From a candidate division WWE3 bacterium RAAC2_WWE3_1 (GTDB lineage: Bacteria > Patescibacteriota > WWE3 > UBA101185 > UBA10185), in contig CP006914.1 in assembly GCA_000503835.1 (NCBI GenBank), positions 785,680 through 849,679 on the forward strand: 64,000 nucleotides of DNA, given 5' to 3'. The notes below the pieces were generated by a model, which worked only from the letters and a program-made list of their open reading frames with translations, did no database searches and was not told the origin of the DNA. A program made the position numbers and the translations under genes. Shown here piece after piece: positions 29,386-37,999 of the stretch (position 1 is its first letter; each line of letters opens with the position of its first letter).

Positions 29386-29462
29386 TGGTCGGGGTGACAG
29401 GACTCGAACCTGCGGCCTTTCGCACCCCATGCGAACGCGCTAGCCAACTGCGCCACACCCCG
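29386..29462 (-). tRNA. tRNA-Pro(GGG)
   Basis: CGGGGTG acceptor, anticodon arm TTCGC-ATGGGGT-GCGAA, GGTTCGAGTCC T-arm, encoded CCA. Confidence 0.97.
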
Positions 29463-29556
29463 ACGCCTACGAGTCAAAATTTACCATTATTCCGGTCAAA
29501 AATCCAACATTTAAGGTTGGAAAAGGATTTAGAAAAAGAAAAAGCGGCAAAATTTT

Positions 29557-30097
29557 TTAAGTTTTGCCGCTAAGCTTTTTGCCGAAACGATTTTTTAATT
29601 CTTTGAACTTTTCGGCTTTTTTGTCCGTACCGGGAGTATTGATTGGTTTCCTTTTCGGTTTCGCTAATTGGGTTTTGGAAAAGAAACCCCAATTTAAGAT
29701 AACTCCCTCTTTGCTTAACTCGCCCAAGAGCCGGGTTGGGTTCTTACTCGACTTAAAGGCGTACTGGAGATTGGTCAGGTTCGTTGAGCGGGTTGGTGCA
29801 GCTCCCCAAAGCTCAATCCTTTTGTAGGTGCTTTGGACCTCGCTTTTTGTGCCCTGACCTGTCAGTTCTACCCAGAACTCGTACACGGTATTTCCGTCCT
29901 TTCTGCCCGCCGTAAAAAAGCAGCGAACGCGGTATTTGATGCAGTGCATCCATGACGTCCGGCTGTCGATCCGACTTAATGACCACGCGGCCATTATCTT
30001 CAACGGTAACTACTGCGAACTTATCCACGGAAAGAACAAAACGTGCAAAGTTCTCAGCAGCCTTGCCGTGCATAGGCGGCCCATTCATAACAATCAT
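29557..30097 (-). pseudogene. Hypothetical gene probably split by a frameshift at a T6 run
   Basis: Overlapping ORFs 29813-30097 (strong SD GAAAGGAG) and 29557-30003 can be joined at A6 29914-29919. Confidence 0.45.
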
Positions 30098-30166
30098 TTT
30101 TTCTCCTTTCTTTTGTTTTTTGATTTCTGAACACGAATGTTACACGATAAAAGGGGAAAAGGAAAA

Positions 30167-30814
30167 TCAAAGAGGTTTAATTAGTTTTATTTTGTATATT
30201 TGGCGTACCTTGCCAAAAGCCAGTTTTTTTGCCCAGCTTGAGCCTATATCCGTAAGTTTCTCTTTAGGAAAAAGCTCCATCTTATCCAATTTCATTGTTC
30301 CCGGCAGTGTTATAAATGCCCGTACGACGACATTTTCAATATATTCCCGGGAAAGCTCCGGAAGTTCCAGCCTGTCCGATTCGGATGGCTCCAGCTCAGG
30401 CGAATACCCAAGTATTAACTCTAATTCACCGGATGCCTTTAACAACGCTGTAATCTTGTTAACAGCCTCTTTAGTCGGATTCACTACCTGACCCAAAAGC
30501 GACCCCCAGGGAAGAATAATGCTCACTTTATCAGCAATTTCCGTCATGGTTACCGGTAAGTTTTCCAGGGAGGACACCAAAAAGAGGACGTTACCGAGCT
30601 TTTTTCGCACAGATTTGACCGAATACTCCTTCAACTGCTTTTCTACCGGATCAACCCCAATATACAGTGTGTCCGGATCATGCAGAGCTGATTCATACAC
30701 AAATCTTCCGTCTCCGGTGCCGAAGTCGAGGTGAACAAATGAGTATTTAACGGCCATTTCTCTCAGGTCTTCTACCGAAATATCAATTGTCTTATTACCT
30801 TTTACCGACTTCAT
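30167..30814 (-). CDS. 16S rRNA (adenine1408-N1)-methyltransferase, NpmA/KamB family
   Basis: DFGTGDG, GVDPV, ILPWGSLL, SWAKKLAFG.R; end-to-end resemblance to NpmA as recalled. Confidence 0.82.
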   Translation of the reverse strand: MKSVKGNKTIDISVEDLREMAVKYSFVHLDFGTGDGRFVYESALHDPDTLYIGVDPVEKQLKEYSVKSVRKKLGNVLFLVSSLENLPVTMTEIADKVSIILPWGSLLGQVVNPTKEAVNKITALLKASGELELILGYSPELEPSESDRLELPELSREYIENVVVRAFITLPGTMKLDKMELFPKEKLTDIGSSWAKKLAFGKVRQIYKIKLIKPL

Positions 30815-30820
30815 GCGGTA

Positions 30821-30830
30821 ATGATAGAAT
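30821..30830. promoter_or_regulatory. Overlapping divergent -10 elements for the NpmA-like gene and truB
   Basis: ATGATAGAAT gives TATCAT (minus, 30821-30826) and TAGAAT (plus, 30825-30830), each exactly 6 nt from a start codon. Confidence 0.6.
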
Positions 30831-30836
30831 AAGGCC

Positions 30837-31646
30837 GTGCATAAAGCAAAAGACAACATTTTAGCCGTCTGGCAGCCTGTCGGAGTGTCGACAAACCGCC
30901 TCTCCCAAATAGTGGGTGAGCGGTATGGTGCGCTTTCAAGTCATACGGGTACTCTGGATCCGATGGCGGAAGGTGTAGTAATAATTTTATTGAAGGACAC
31001 CCGTCTTAAGAAATATGAATTTGCTCACTGGCACAAAACCTATGAGTTTCAAATTATTTTTGGCATGTCTACGGATTCTTATGACGCGATGGGTTTCACT
31101 ACAGGAAAAAATAACCACGTTCCTTCTAAAAGGGAAATTGAAAATATACTGCCCAGCTTTGTCGGCTCATACTCTCAAAATGTTCCCATGTATTCCGCGG
31201 TAAAAGTAAAAGGGAAAAAACTTTTTGAAATAGCACATGCCGGCGAGACTCTGGAAAGCACACCTTTGAAAAAAGGGGAGATTTTCAACCTGAATTTAAA
31301 AAAATACAGCGAGGCGTCCCTTAATGAATGTATTAAAAACATCATAAGAAGATTGAACTCGGTCAAAGGAGACTTCAGGCAGGAGCCCATTCTTTCACAA
31401 TGGAAAAAGTTTGCGGACACCGACCGTAAAGTTATCAAAGCCAAATTCGAGGTAGAGATGTCGAAAGGCTTGTATGTACGTTCTTTATCTCAGGATATTT
31501 GTAACAAATTAGGCTGTTTGGGATTTACTTACACAATAGTCAGAACGAAAAACGGCAGTTACGGAAAAAAGGAAGCGGTAACAGTAGAGAAGTTATTTGG
31601 CTCCCGGCGCGATTTCGACAACTTTGTTTCGGGAGTTAAATCCTGA
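30837..31646 (+). CDS. truB: tRNA pseudouridine-55 synthase TruB-like
   Basis: HTGTLDPMAEGV, STDSYD, PMYSAVKVKGKKL, SKGLYVRSL. Confidence 0.85.
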   Translation: MHKAKDNILAVWQPVGVSTNRLSQIVGERYGALSSHTGTLDPMAEGVVIILLKDTRLKKYEFAHWHKTYEFQIIFGMSTDSYDAMGFTTGKNNHVPSKREIENILPSFVGSYSQNVPMYSAVKVKGKKLFEIAHAGETLESTPLKKGEIFNLNLKKYSEASLNECIKNIIRRLNSVKGDFRQEPILSQWKKFADTDRKVIKAKFEVEMSKGLYVRSLSQDICNKLGCLGFTYTIVRTKNGSYGKKEAVTVEKLFGSRRDFDNFVSGVKS

Positions 31647-31820
31647 CACGATGCTGATCCTGCTTTTCGCAATGCCAAAATAATCGGATAAAGTATCGAT
31701 TAGCTCGTTGTTAGCCTCATTTTCTTTTGCAACGGCTTTTACCGAAATCCTGAAGATTCCGTTAGATTGTTCAATTTTCGGTTCTTTTGCTCCAGGCTTT
31801 AAAAGTACATGGATTCTCAT
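31593..31820 (-). CDS. DUF167/YggU family protein
   Basis: KPGAK..ANNELI..LS..I.SG..SRNK. Confidence 0.85.
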   Translation of the reverse strand: MRIHVLLKPGAKEPKIEQSNGIFRISVKAVAKENEANNELIDTLSDYFGIAKSRISIVSGFNSRNKVVEIAPGAK

Positions 31821-31875
31821 ACGTCTATATATGATAATATATTTTGGCGTTCTTTTTAATTACCGGGAGGAATTT

Positions 31876-32238
31876 ATGAATTTAGATATAGTTACAAAAA
31901 GACTTAAAATTATTTCGGATTTGCAGGAAGAGTTAAATGGCGTAAGAGCTGCCTATCAGGAGTCACTCGAAAACGACCCTGCTTACCAGGAATTGCAGGA
32001 AGAGGCGTCCAAATTTAGGGAAAGTTCCAAAGATAAAAAAATTCAGGTAGCTTCCAGCCAGACAATGAAAGCTATGGCCGATCAGATGAAAGAGCTCAAG
32101 ACCGAGATTACAGAGAATAAGGACATTCTGGGTCAGGAGCTGGCTGACTACTACAAAGAGAGCGGCTCGATGGAAATTACTGATGAAGATGGGAACGTTA
32201 AAAGGATAGTGTTCTCAGTAAAACTTATAAACGGGTAA
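31876..32238 (+). CDS. Coiled-coil hypothetical protein
   Basis: SD GGGAGG before ATG 31876; followed by terminator. Confidence 0.7.
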   Translation: MNLDIVTKRLKIISDLQEELNGVRAAYQESLENDPAYQELQEEASKFRESSKDKKIQVASSQTMKAMADQMKELKTEITENKDILGQELADYYKESGSMEITDEDGNVKRIVFSVKLING

Positions 32239-32253
32239 TGGCTACAAAAAAAG

Positions 32254-32286
32254 AAGAGACAGGTTTTTTATACGCTGTCTCTTTTT
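32254..32286. terminator. Intrinsic terminator, probably bidirectional
   Basis: AAGAGACAG..CTGTCTCTT stem with A run before and T run after, between convergent genes. Confidence 0.65.
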
Positions 32287-32318
32287 AGTACTCTCTGCTT
32301 CACGAATTTATGTCTTCT

Positions 32319-32771
32319 TTAGTGGGCATTGTTCCTTCTGTAATCCCACACAAGAGCGGCGCATAAGAAACAAAAACGGGAAATCCGCATGCCGTATTCG
32401 GTCTTATCTGCCCGATTTGTTGTAAATTTATCAGCGCCCCCTGCCCGGAAGTTGTCACTCAACTTCCTGTAAATTTTATCCGCGCTGTCAGTCCCGTTAC
32501 AAGCGTTGTAGGCCAGCGAGAATAAACTGCAGGCATCTTCCGAATCTTCAAGAAGAGCCATTTTTCCTGCAGTCATGATTTGCCGCCTGGTTTCGGCTAC
32601 GGCTTCGTTATTTGCTTCCAGAAGGTTCTTAACTGCTTCTTCTGAAATAGCCCGCACACTTTCCCGCAAAATCGTGTGGATTTTCGTAACTGTTTCCTGG
32701 GGAACGTCGTGGAACAGGCCCCAGATATAAGTACCTTTTGCCAATTCGACAAAAAATTCATGTGAACGCAT
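32319..32771 (-). CDS. Hypothetical protein
   Basis: SD GGGAG and promoter TTGACT-17nt-TACAAT upstream on the minus strand. Confidence 0.6.
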   Translation of the reverse strand: MRSHEFFVELAKGTYIWGLFHDVPQETVTKIHTILRESVRAISEEAVKNLLEANNEAVAETRRQIMTAGKMALLEDSEDACSLFSLAYNACNGTDSADKIYRKLSDNFRAGGADKFTTNRADKTEYGMRISRFCFLCAALVWDYRRNNAH

Positions 32772-32905
32772 TGTTTTAGCTCCCTTTCTAGTGGACTATT
32801 TCGCATCATTGTAACATCAGACAATAACATAGTCAACCTATAGCGTTAGAGTGCACGCGCAAAACCTATTGCCAAACCGCCCTTTTATGAGAGAATATCA
32901 ATGTT

Positions 32906-32989
32906 ATGAGCATTAGAAAAAAGAAAAAAGACGCACAAAAGAATAAAATGATCAGAAAGCACAGAAAGAAGTTCCGAAGGGTCAGCTAG
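32906..32989 (+). CDS. 27-aa basic small protein, bS22/mS38 (AURKAIP1/COX24)-like candidate
   Basis: MSIRKKKKDAQKNKMIRKHRKKFRRVS; promoter-like TTGCCA..GAGAAT; stop abuts uppS stop. Confidence 0.5.
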   Translation: MSIRKKKKDAQKNKMIRKHRKKFRRVS

Positions 32990-33766
32990 TCACTTTTTTG
33001 TTGTATTTCCACCAAATCTTCTATCCCTGGTATTGTAATCCTCTATAGCTTTCACTAACTCTTTTTCATCGAAATCAGGCATATGTACGTCGGCGAAGTA
33101 TATTTCGCTGTAAGCTGTTTGCCACGGTAAAAACCCGCTTAACCGTCTTTCCCCCGAGGTTCTTATCAAAAGGTCGGGGTATGGGTAAAGTTGTTCTTTG
33201 GTGTCAAAATAGTTCTTGAGCGCATATAAAGGATACTTTTTTGCGTATTTACCTGTGACGTTTCTGAGTTCTTCTGCTTTAACCCCGCCACTTTTTACAT
33301 CTTTCAATACTTTTTCGATAACCCTGAGAATTTCATCCTGACCGCCGTAGTCGATAGCCATGTTCAGGTCGTAGTTAGAGTAGTTCTTGGTCTCTTCTTC
33401 AGCCTGAATAAGTCCCTTTCTCAACGACTCGGGTATTCTGTCTTTTCTTCCCAGGTGGTAGATTCTCACTCCATATTTATGGGCGTCCTTCATATTATCT
33501 AAAATATAGCTCTCGAAGATTTTCATTAAGTAAGACACCTCTTCGTCAGAGCGGTTCCAGTTCTCGGTAGAAAATCCCCAGAAGGTCAGTGTGTGTACGC
33601 CGAGTTCCCTGGATTTGTGCATGATGTTCTTAACGGCTTCAAAACCTCTTCTATGGCCTTCAAACGCGGGCAACCCGTGCTCTTTCGCCCATCTGCGGTT
33701 TCCATCCGGGATTATTGCTATGTGGTTGGGAATATTAAGTTGTTGGACGGTTTCCCCTTTTTCCAT
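32990..33766 (-). CDS. uppS: Undecaprenyl/polyprenyl diphosphate synthase
   Basis: HIAIIPDGNRRWA, FSTENWNRS, PDLLIRTSGERRLSGFL. Confidence 0.96.
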   Translation of the reverse strand: MEKGETVQQLNIPNHIAIIPDGNRRWAKEHGLPAFEGHRRGFEAVKNIMHKSRELGVHTLTFWGFSTENWNRSDEEVSYLMKIFESYILDNMKDAHKYGVRIYHLGRKDRIPESLRKGLIQAEEETKNYSNYDLNMAIDYGGQDEILRVIEKVLKDVKSGGVKAEELRNVTGKYAKKYPLYALKNYFDTKEQLYPYPDLLIRTSGERRLSGFLPWQTAYSEIYFADVHMPDFDEKELVKAIEDYNTRDRRFGGNTTKK

Positions 33767-33801
33767 ACTTGTTCAGAATTTGCCGTAACCCGTCCATTTT
33801 A

Positions 33802-34284
33802 CTATAACAGCGATTGTATGTCCCGAAGGACCTCTTTCGCGTGCTCTGCCGGTTTTACGTTTTCGTAAATTTTGGCAATTTTGCCACGGGGATCGATTAG
33901 GAAGGATGTGCGGCGGATTCCCATGAAAGTTTTTCCCATGAAACTTTTCATGCCCCAGACCCCGTACGCTTCCACAACCTTTTTTTCTGTATCCGAAAGG
34001 ATTGTAAAGGGTAAAGAATGTTTACCACCGAACTTTTTGTGACTTTCCACTGAATCTGTGCTAATTCCTACTACCCCGATTCCGGCTTTCTTGAACTCCC
34101 CCCAGTTATCTCTTATTTCGCATGCCTCCGTGGTACATCCGGGTGTGTTGTCCTTCGGGTAAAAGTATATAAGCAGCCACTTGTCTGAGAATTCCTTTAA
34201 CGTTCTGACATTGCTGTTTTGGTCGGGCAGTGAGAACTGTGCCGCAACGTCCCCCACATTTAATTTTTTATTTTCCTTGTTCAT
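33802..34284 (-). CDS. bcp: Thioredoxin-dependent thiol peroxidase
   Basis: YFYPKDNTPGCTTEAC. Confidence 0.95.
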   Translation of the reverse strand: MNKENKKLNVGDVAAQFSLPDQNSNVRTLKEFSDKWLLIYFYPKDNTPGCTTEACEIRDNWGEFKKAGIGVVGISTDSVESHKKFGGKHSLPFTILSDTEKKVVEAYGVWGMKSFMGKTFMGIRRTSFLIDPRGKIAKIYENVKPAEHAKEVLRDIQSLL

Positions 34285-34306
34285 TTTTTATGGGTAGCGA
34301 AAAATT

Positions 34307-34681
34307 TTACAGGTTAAGGTCGTCCAGATTGGTTTCGATAATGAGCTGATCCATTTCTTCAATATTGACACTATCAATCTCTTCAATCTGCTCTTCCGAG
34401 GTCTTTTCTTTTTCCGTCACCGGTTGTTCTTTCTTTACTTCTTCCGTAATCGGTTCTCTCTGTAATTGTTCCGCGGGTGTTTTGCCCTTGACCATCGTCT
34501 GGTAGACGAATAATCCTATGGCCGCTAATATCACTAAAAACCCGACTACCAGGAAGACCTTCAGACCTTTTCCGGCACCGTATTTGTTTAGCTCGTCTTC
34601 TACAGGCTTAGGTGTGTTCCAGTCGGGCATCGGTTCTGCCTGAGGTTGTTGTTCTATTGGTGTGTTAATTTGTTCATCCAT
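34307..34681 (-). CDS. Single-TM acidic hypothetical protein
   Basis: ORF with SD AGGAG in minus-strand operon. Confidence 0.65.
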   Translation of the reverse strand: MDEQINTPIEQQPQAEPMPDWNTPKPVEDELNKYGAGKGLKVFLVVGFLVILAAIGLFVYQTMVKGKTPAEQLQREPITEEVKKEQPVTEKEKTSEEQIEEIDSVNIEEMDQLIIETNLDDLNL

Positions 34682-34701
34682 ATTTTTTCTCCTTATTAAA
34701 A

Positions 34702-35364
34702 TTAATCCTGTTCCTCTTCTGTATCCGTAGCTTCATTTTCCGGTTTTTCGTTCTGTTCCCGGTTAAGTTTCTCTTCTTTTATTTGTTCTCTCATAGCTGC
34801 AATATGGGGTTTTACCTCTGTAAGATAGAAGTCTTTAATTTCCTGTATAACTTCTCTGGTTGCTGCAAGTTCTTCTCTGGCGGTCTTTAGTGCCTGTGTG
34901 AAGTTAATGTCGGAATCCTCGCAGGAAGCTGATTTTAATTCTTCAAGTTTGGCAAGATAATCGGAATAATTGGCTTTTAGTTTTTCGGAAAGCTCGTCCA
35001 GCTTAGTCATGTCTGTTTCCAAGGCGGTAATATTTTCTCCGGTGTACCCGTCTTCTTTTAGTCTGTTCACGAGATTTTCAAGTTTGTTTCCAAGGCCCAG
35101 GTATATTCCCTGATGTCTTTTTTCCAAATTTTTGTAGCGTGCAATCTTGTCCGCAATCCTTTGTGTCACGAGCTCGCATCTTCTTTCCTGGTTTTCAGCC
35201 TTTGTTAGCTGAACCCGCGGGGCGTCCAACTTGGGAAGGCTTTCATTCTGAAGATTTTTTCCCTCGCCGGCCGGAAGTACATTTTGAGTGGCGGAGGTGT
35301 ATACAAGAGGGGAGATAAACAACAAAGAAACAACAGCAAGTTTAGTGAGAGTGTTAGTTTTCAT
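34702..35364 (-). CDS. Secreted helical/coiled-coil hypothetical protein
   Basis: Signal peptide, amphipathic helices, one Cys pair. Confidence 0.65.
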   Translation of the reverse strand: MKTNTLTKLAVVSLLFISPLVYTSATQNVLPAGEGKNLQNESLPKLDAPRVQLTKAENQERRCELVTQRIADKIARYKNLEKRHQGIYLGLGNKLENLVNRLKEDGYTGENITALETDMTKLDELSEKLKANYSDYLAKLEELKSASCEDSDINFTQALKTAREELAATREVIQEIKDFYLTEVKPHIAAMREQIKEEKLNREQNEKPENEATDTEEEQD

Positions 35365-35371
35365 AGCGTTA

Positions 35372-35956
35372 TTATACGAATTGTTTGGTTAGTTTGGCAA
35401 ATTCGGCGGCGGTCATAAATTCGGGAGTTGGGTGGTCAATATAGTTAGGATTAGGTTCTATATCCGCTGTTCCGTCCTTTTTCACCAGGTAGAAAGCCAT
35501 TCCGTGCAGTTCTTCAATCTCTTCGTAGTCGGCGGGGGTATGACCGTGTGTCCAGTTGTCCATGGTAATTAGGGGGTCGTCGCCTACGTTGCTTAAACAA
35601 TGTCCCCACTCCTGTGTTATTACGAGCTCATCTCCGGGCAGAATGCTCACAATGACAAATCTGTCTACTTTATTAGGTGTCCACGAACCGCCCTCGAAAT
35701 GTTTTTCCTGCAAAAGAAGTATCCCTTTACCGCTCACTACGCGGTACGTTTCTTCATGGGGGTCGTTGTGATAGTGGCCGAACGTCTTTATAAATTCCTG
35801 TCCGTAAGTTCCGGGTGTAAGAACGGTCATGTTTTCCCAGCGGTTGTTCCGGGTTACACCGGAGAAAACCCAGTAAGCAAAATCCGGTCCTTTTTCTTCG
35901 GGACTTAACAGAACCGGAGACAGCTCTTCTTTTGTCCTTACTGTTTTAATTTGCAC
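35372..35956 (-). CDS. Cupin-type (archaeal-like) glucose-6-phosphate isomerase
   Basis: KTFGHYH, ETYRVVSGKG, WGHCLSN, Y..I....G.A..L. Confidence 0.8.
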   Translation of the reverse strand: MQIKTVRTKEELSPVLLSPEEKGPDFAYWVFSGVTRNNRWENMTVLTPGTYGQEFIKTFGHYHNDPHEETYRVVSGKGILLLQEKHFEGGSWTPNKVDRFVIVSILPGDELVITQEWGHCLSNVGDDPLITMDNWTHGHTPADYEEIEELHGMAFYLVKKDGTADIEPNPNYIDHPTPEFMTAAEFAKLTKQFV

Positions 35957-35965
35957 GGGCAGCAG

Positions 35966-36679
35966 TTAGTAATTTATCAGAACGTTAACATTTCCGGTCG
36001 TTTTTAGTTCTGCAATGTAGTTGTAATATTCCTGGCTCATTTTAGTCTGTTTGAGGCTTTCCCTGACCAGCGAGCGTCCCTGCTCATCATCGGTAATTTC
36101 AGGAAAGTTTTCCTTATTTTCTTCGATGTATTGTGTTACCTCTTCCTCTGATACCGTAACTTTGTCCTGCATTAATTTCTCTATGAGGGCGATATGTCTC
36201 ACCTGATCTCTAAAATCAGTTTCGGTCATTCCGTTCTGTTCAAGGAACTGTTCCATTGTTTGTCCGCCCTGCACAATACCGTCCTGTATAGTTGCTATTT
36301 TGATATTAATTTCATCTTCGGAGACAACTATGTTTTTTGCGGCGGCCTCATTTTGTACGAGCCTTTTTTCTATCATATTGTTCAAGGCCTGTTCTCCAAG
36401 CTGAGCCTCAAGTACTTTTACAATTTCCCATCTGTATATGGGTTTGCCTTGAACTGTCGCAGCTATAAATAGGGACTTATTGTTATACAAAAGGGCGCCG
36501 AGGGCGAGAACCACAAGAGCGAGCACAAGTGCCCTGTTCTTTTTGAGCTCTCTTCCTATAAAACCTGCGGCCTCCTTGAATTTAACCGGCTCTAACTTTT
36601 TCAACTTAATCTCTATATTCTCCGACTTTTCCGGAACTTTTTCCTCTTCGATATTATGTGTTTTTTCTTTTTTATCCAT
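35966..36679 (-). CDS. SurA-N/PrsA-like membrane-anchored chaperone (no PPIase domain)
   Basis: AATVQGKPI, LVQNEA..I.VSEDEI; start corrected to MDKKE, 6 nt after TATACT. Confidence 0.75.
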   Translation of the reverse strand: MDKKEKTHNIEEEKVPEKSENIEIKLKKLEPVKFKEAAGFIGRELKKNRALVLALVVLALGALLYNNKSLFIAATVQGKPIYRWEIVKVLEAQLGEQALNNMIEKRLVQNEAAAKNIVVSEDEINIKIATIQDGIVQGGQTMEQFLEQNGMTETDFRDQVRHIALIEKLMQDKVTVSEEEVTQYIEENKENFPEITDDEQGRSLVRESLKQTKMSQEYYNYIAELKTTGNVNVLINY

Positions 36680-36714
36680 TGCGAAAGTATAGCACAAAAA
36701 TATGCGTTTATAGT

Positions 36715-37173
36715 TTAATTTAATACTACTATGCTTAGATTCAGAATAGCGGCAAAACCGACCCATATTATATAGGGAATAAATAAACGGGCTGCCACTT
36801 TAGACATTTTTCTAAAGCTCAGGGCGGTCAGGATAATTACCGTTTCAAGTACGACAATCTCAGCTAAAGCTATACCCGGTTCTCTCATTCCAAAGAAGAT
36901 CACAGACCAGAGAGCATTCAGGCTCAACTGTATAGCATAAAGTATTATCGCCTTTGTTTTGTCTTGTTGCGGGGAATCTTTTTTCCAGACCAGATAAAGG
37001 GCAATTGCCATAAGAATATATAAAAGGCTCCACACCGGGGCAAATATCCATTCGGGAGGACTAAAAAAGGGTTTGTTTAGGCTCGCGTACCAGGTGCTGA
37101 TGTTCGGTGTTGTGAAATAGGATCCGAGAGCCGCGGCCGCGAAAGTTACGATTAAGGATATTATTAGTTTCAT
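36715..37173 (-). CDS. tspO: TspO/MBR family protein
   Basis: WYASLNKPFFSPPEWIFAPVW, PYIIWVGFA. Confidence 0.93.
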   Translation of the reverse strand: MKLIISLIVTFAAAALGSYFTTPNISTWYASLNKPFFSPPEWIFAPVWSLLYILMAIALYLVWKKDSPQQDKTKAIILYAIQLSLNALWSVIFFGMREPGIALAEIVVLETVIILTALSFRKMSKVAARLFIPYIIWVGFAAILNLSIVVLN

Positions 37174-37264
37174 TTATCGGTTGGACTGCGCGTCCGTTAA
37201 AAATAATTAACCTGTATTTATTATACATTTTTGAAGCACACCCATCCGTTATATAATCGACAGG

Positions 37265-37999
37265 ATGAGATTTATAAAATTCGTATTTCCTGCCGGTCTT
37301 GTTCTTCTCTATTTGTATCTATCATACGCCGGGTTTTATAACAATATGAAAGAAAAGAATTTACAAAGTGTGTTCAAAGGAAATTTAATGATATTCGATA
37401 ATCCCGACGCCGGTGGTTCGGTTAAGTACGTAGCTTTGGGGGACAGTCTGAGTGCCGGTGTCGGCAGTGAAAGCATGGAAGAAACTATTGTGTATCTTTT
37501 CGCGTCCGAACTTTCCAAAACATACGGAAAAGTGAACGCGGTCAACCTGGCTTTACCCGGCGGTACCACGGAGGATGTGATAAATGACCAACTGCCCTTC
37601 ACCATAAGTGAAAAACCTGATTATGTCACACTTTTGATCGGGGTAAATGACATTCATAACAAAAGAACCGAAAAGGATTTTAGAGAAAATTATTCGTTAA
37701 TCTTAAATGAGCTGGTATCAAAAACGGAAGCAAAGATCGTAGTCATAAATCTGCCTTACTTAGGAGCAGATAAAGCTATCCTTCCGCCTTACAGCTGGAT
37801 ACTAAACTCAAGGACACAAAAATTTAATAAGGTAATTTCCGAACTGGTGACCGGAAACGAAAGCCGTATCAGACTTGTAGATCTGTACGGCAAAACGTAT
37901 AAAATCTCTAAACAGGTCCCCGGATACTATTCTTCTGATTTGTTTCATCCGTCAGGTAAAGCGTATTTACTCTGGAGTCAATTTATAAATGAGAATTAA
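37265..37999 (+). CDS. SGNH/GDSL hydrolase, exported
   Basis: ALGDSL, IGVND, DLFHP. Confidence 0.9.
   Translation: MRFIKFVFPAGLVLLYLYLSYAGFYNNMKEKNLQSVFKGNLMIFDNPDAGGSVKYVALGDSLSAGVGSESMEETIVYLFASELSKTYGKVNAVNLALPGGTTEDVINDQLPFTISEKPDYVTLLIGVNDIHNKRTEKDFRENYSLILNELVSKTEAKIVVINLPYLGADKAILPPYSWILNSRTQKFNKVISELVTGNESRIRLVDLYGKTYKISKQVPGYYSSDLFHPSGKAYLLWSQFINEN

Noticed and set aside
29349-29477. N-terminal extension of the 255-aa ORF
   Set aside because: It is a translation of tRNA-Pro; the real start is 29348
30021-30029. DnaA-box-like TTATCCACG
   Set aside because: Single mismatched copy inside a coding region; no cluster
31708-31875. Long N-terminal extension of the 176-aa ORF
   Set aside because: Overlaps DUF167 antisense; a strong SD marks ATG 31876
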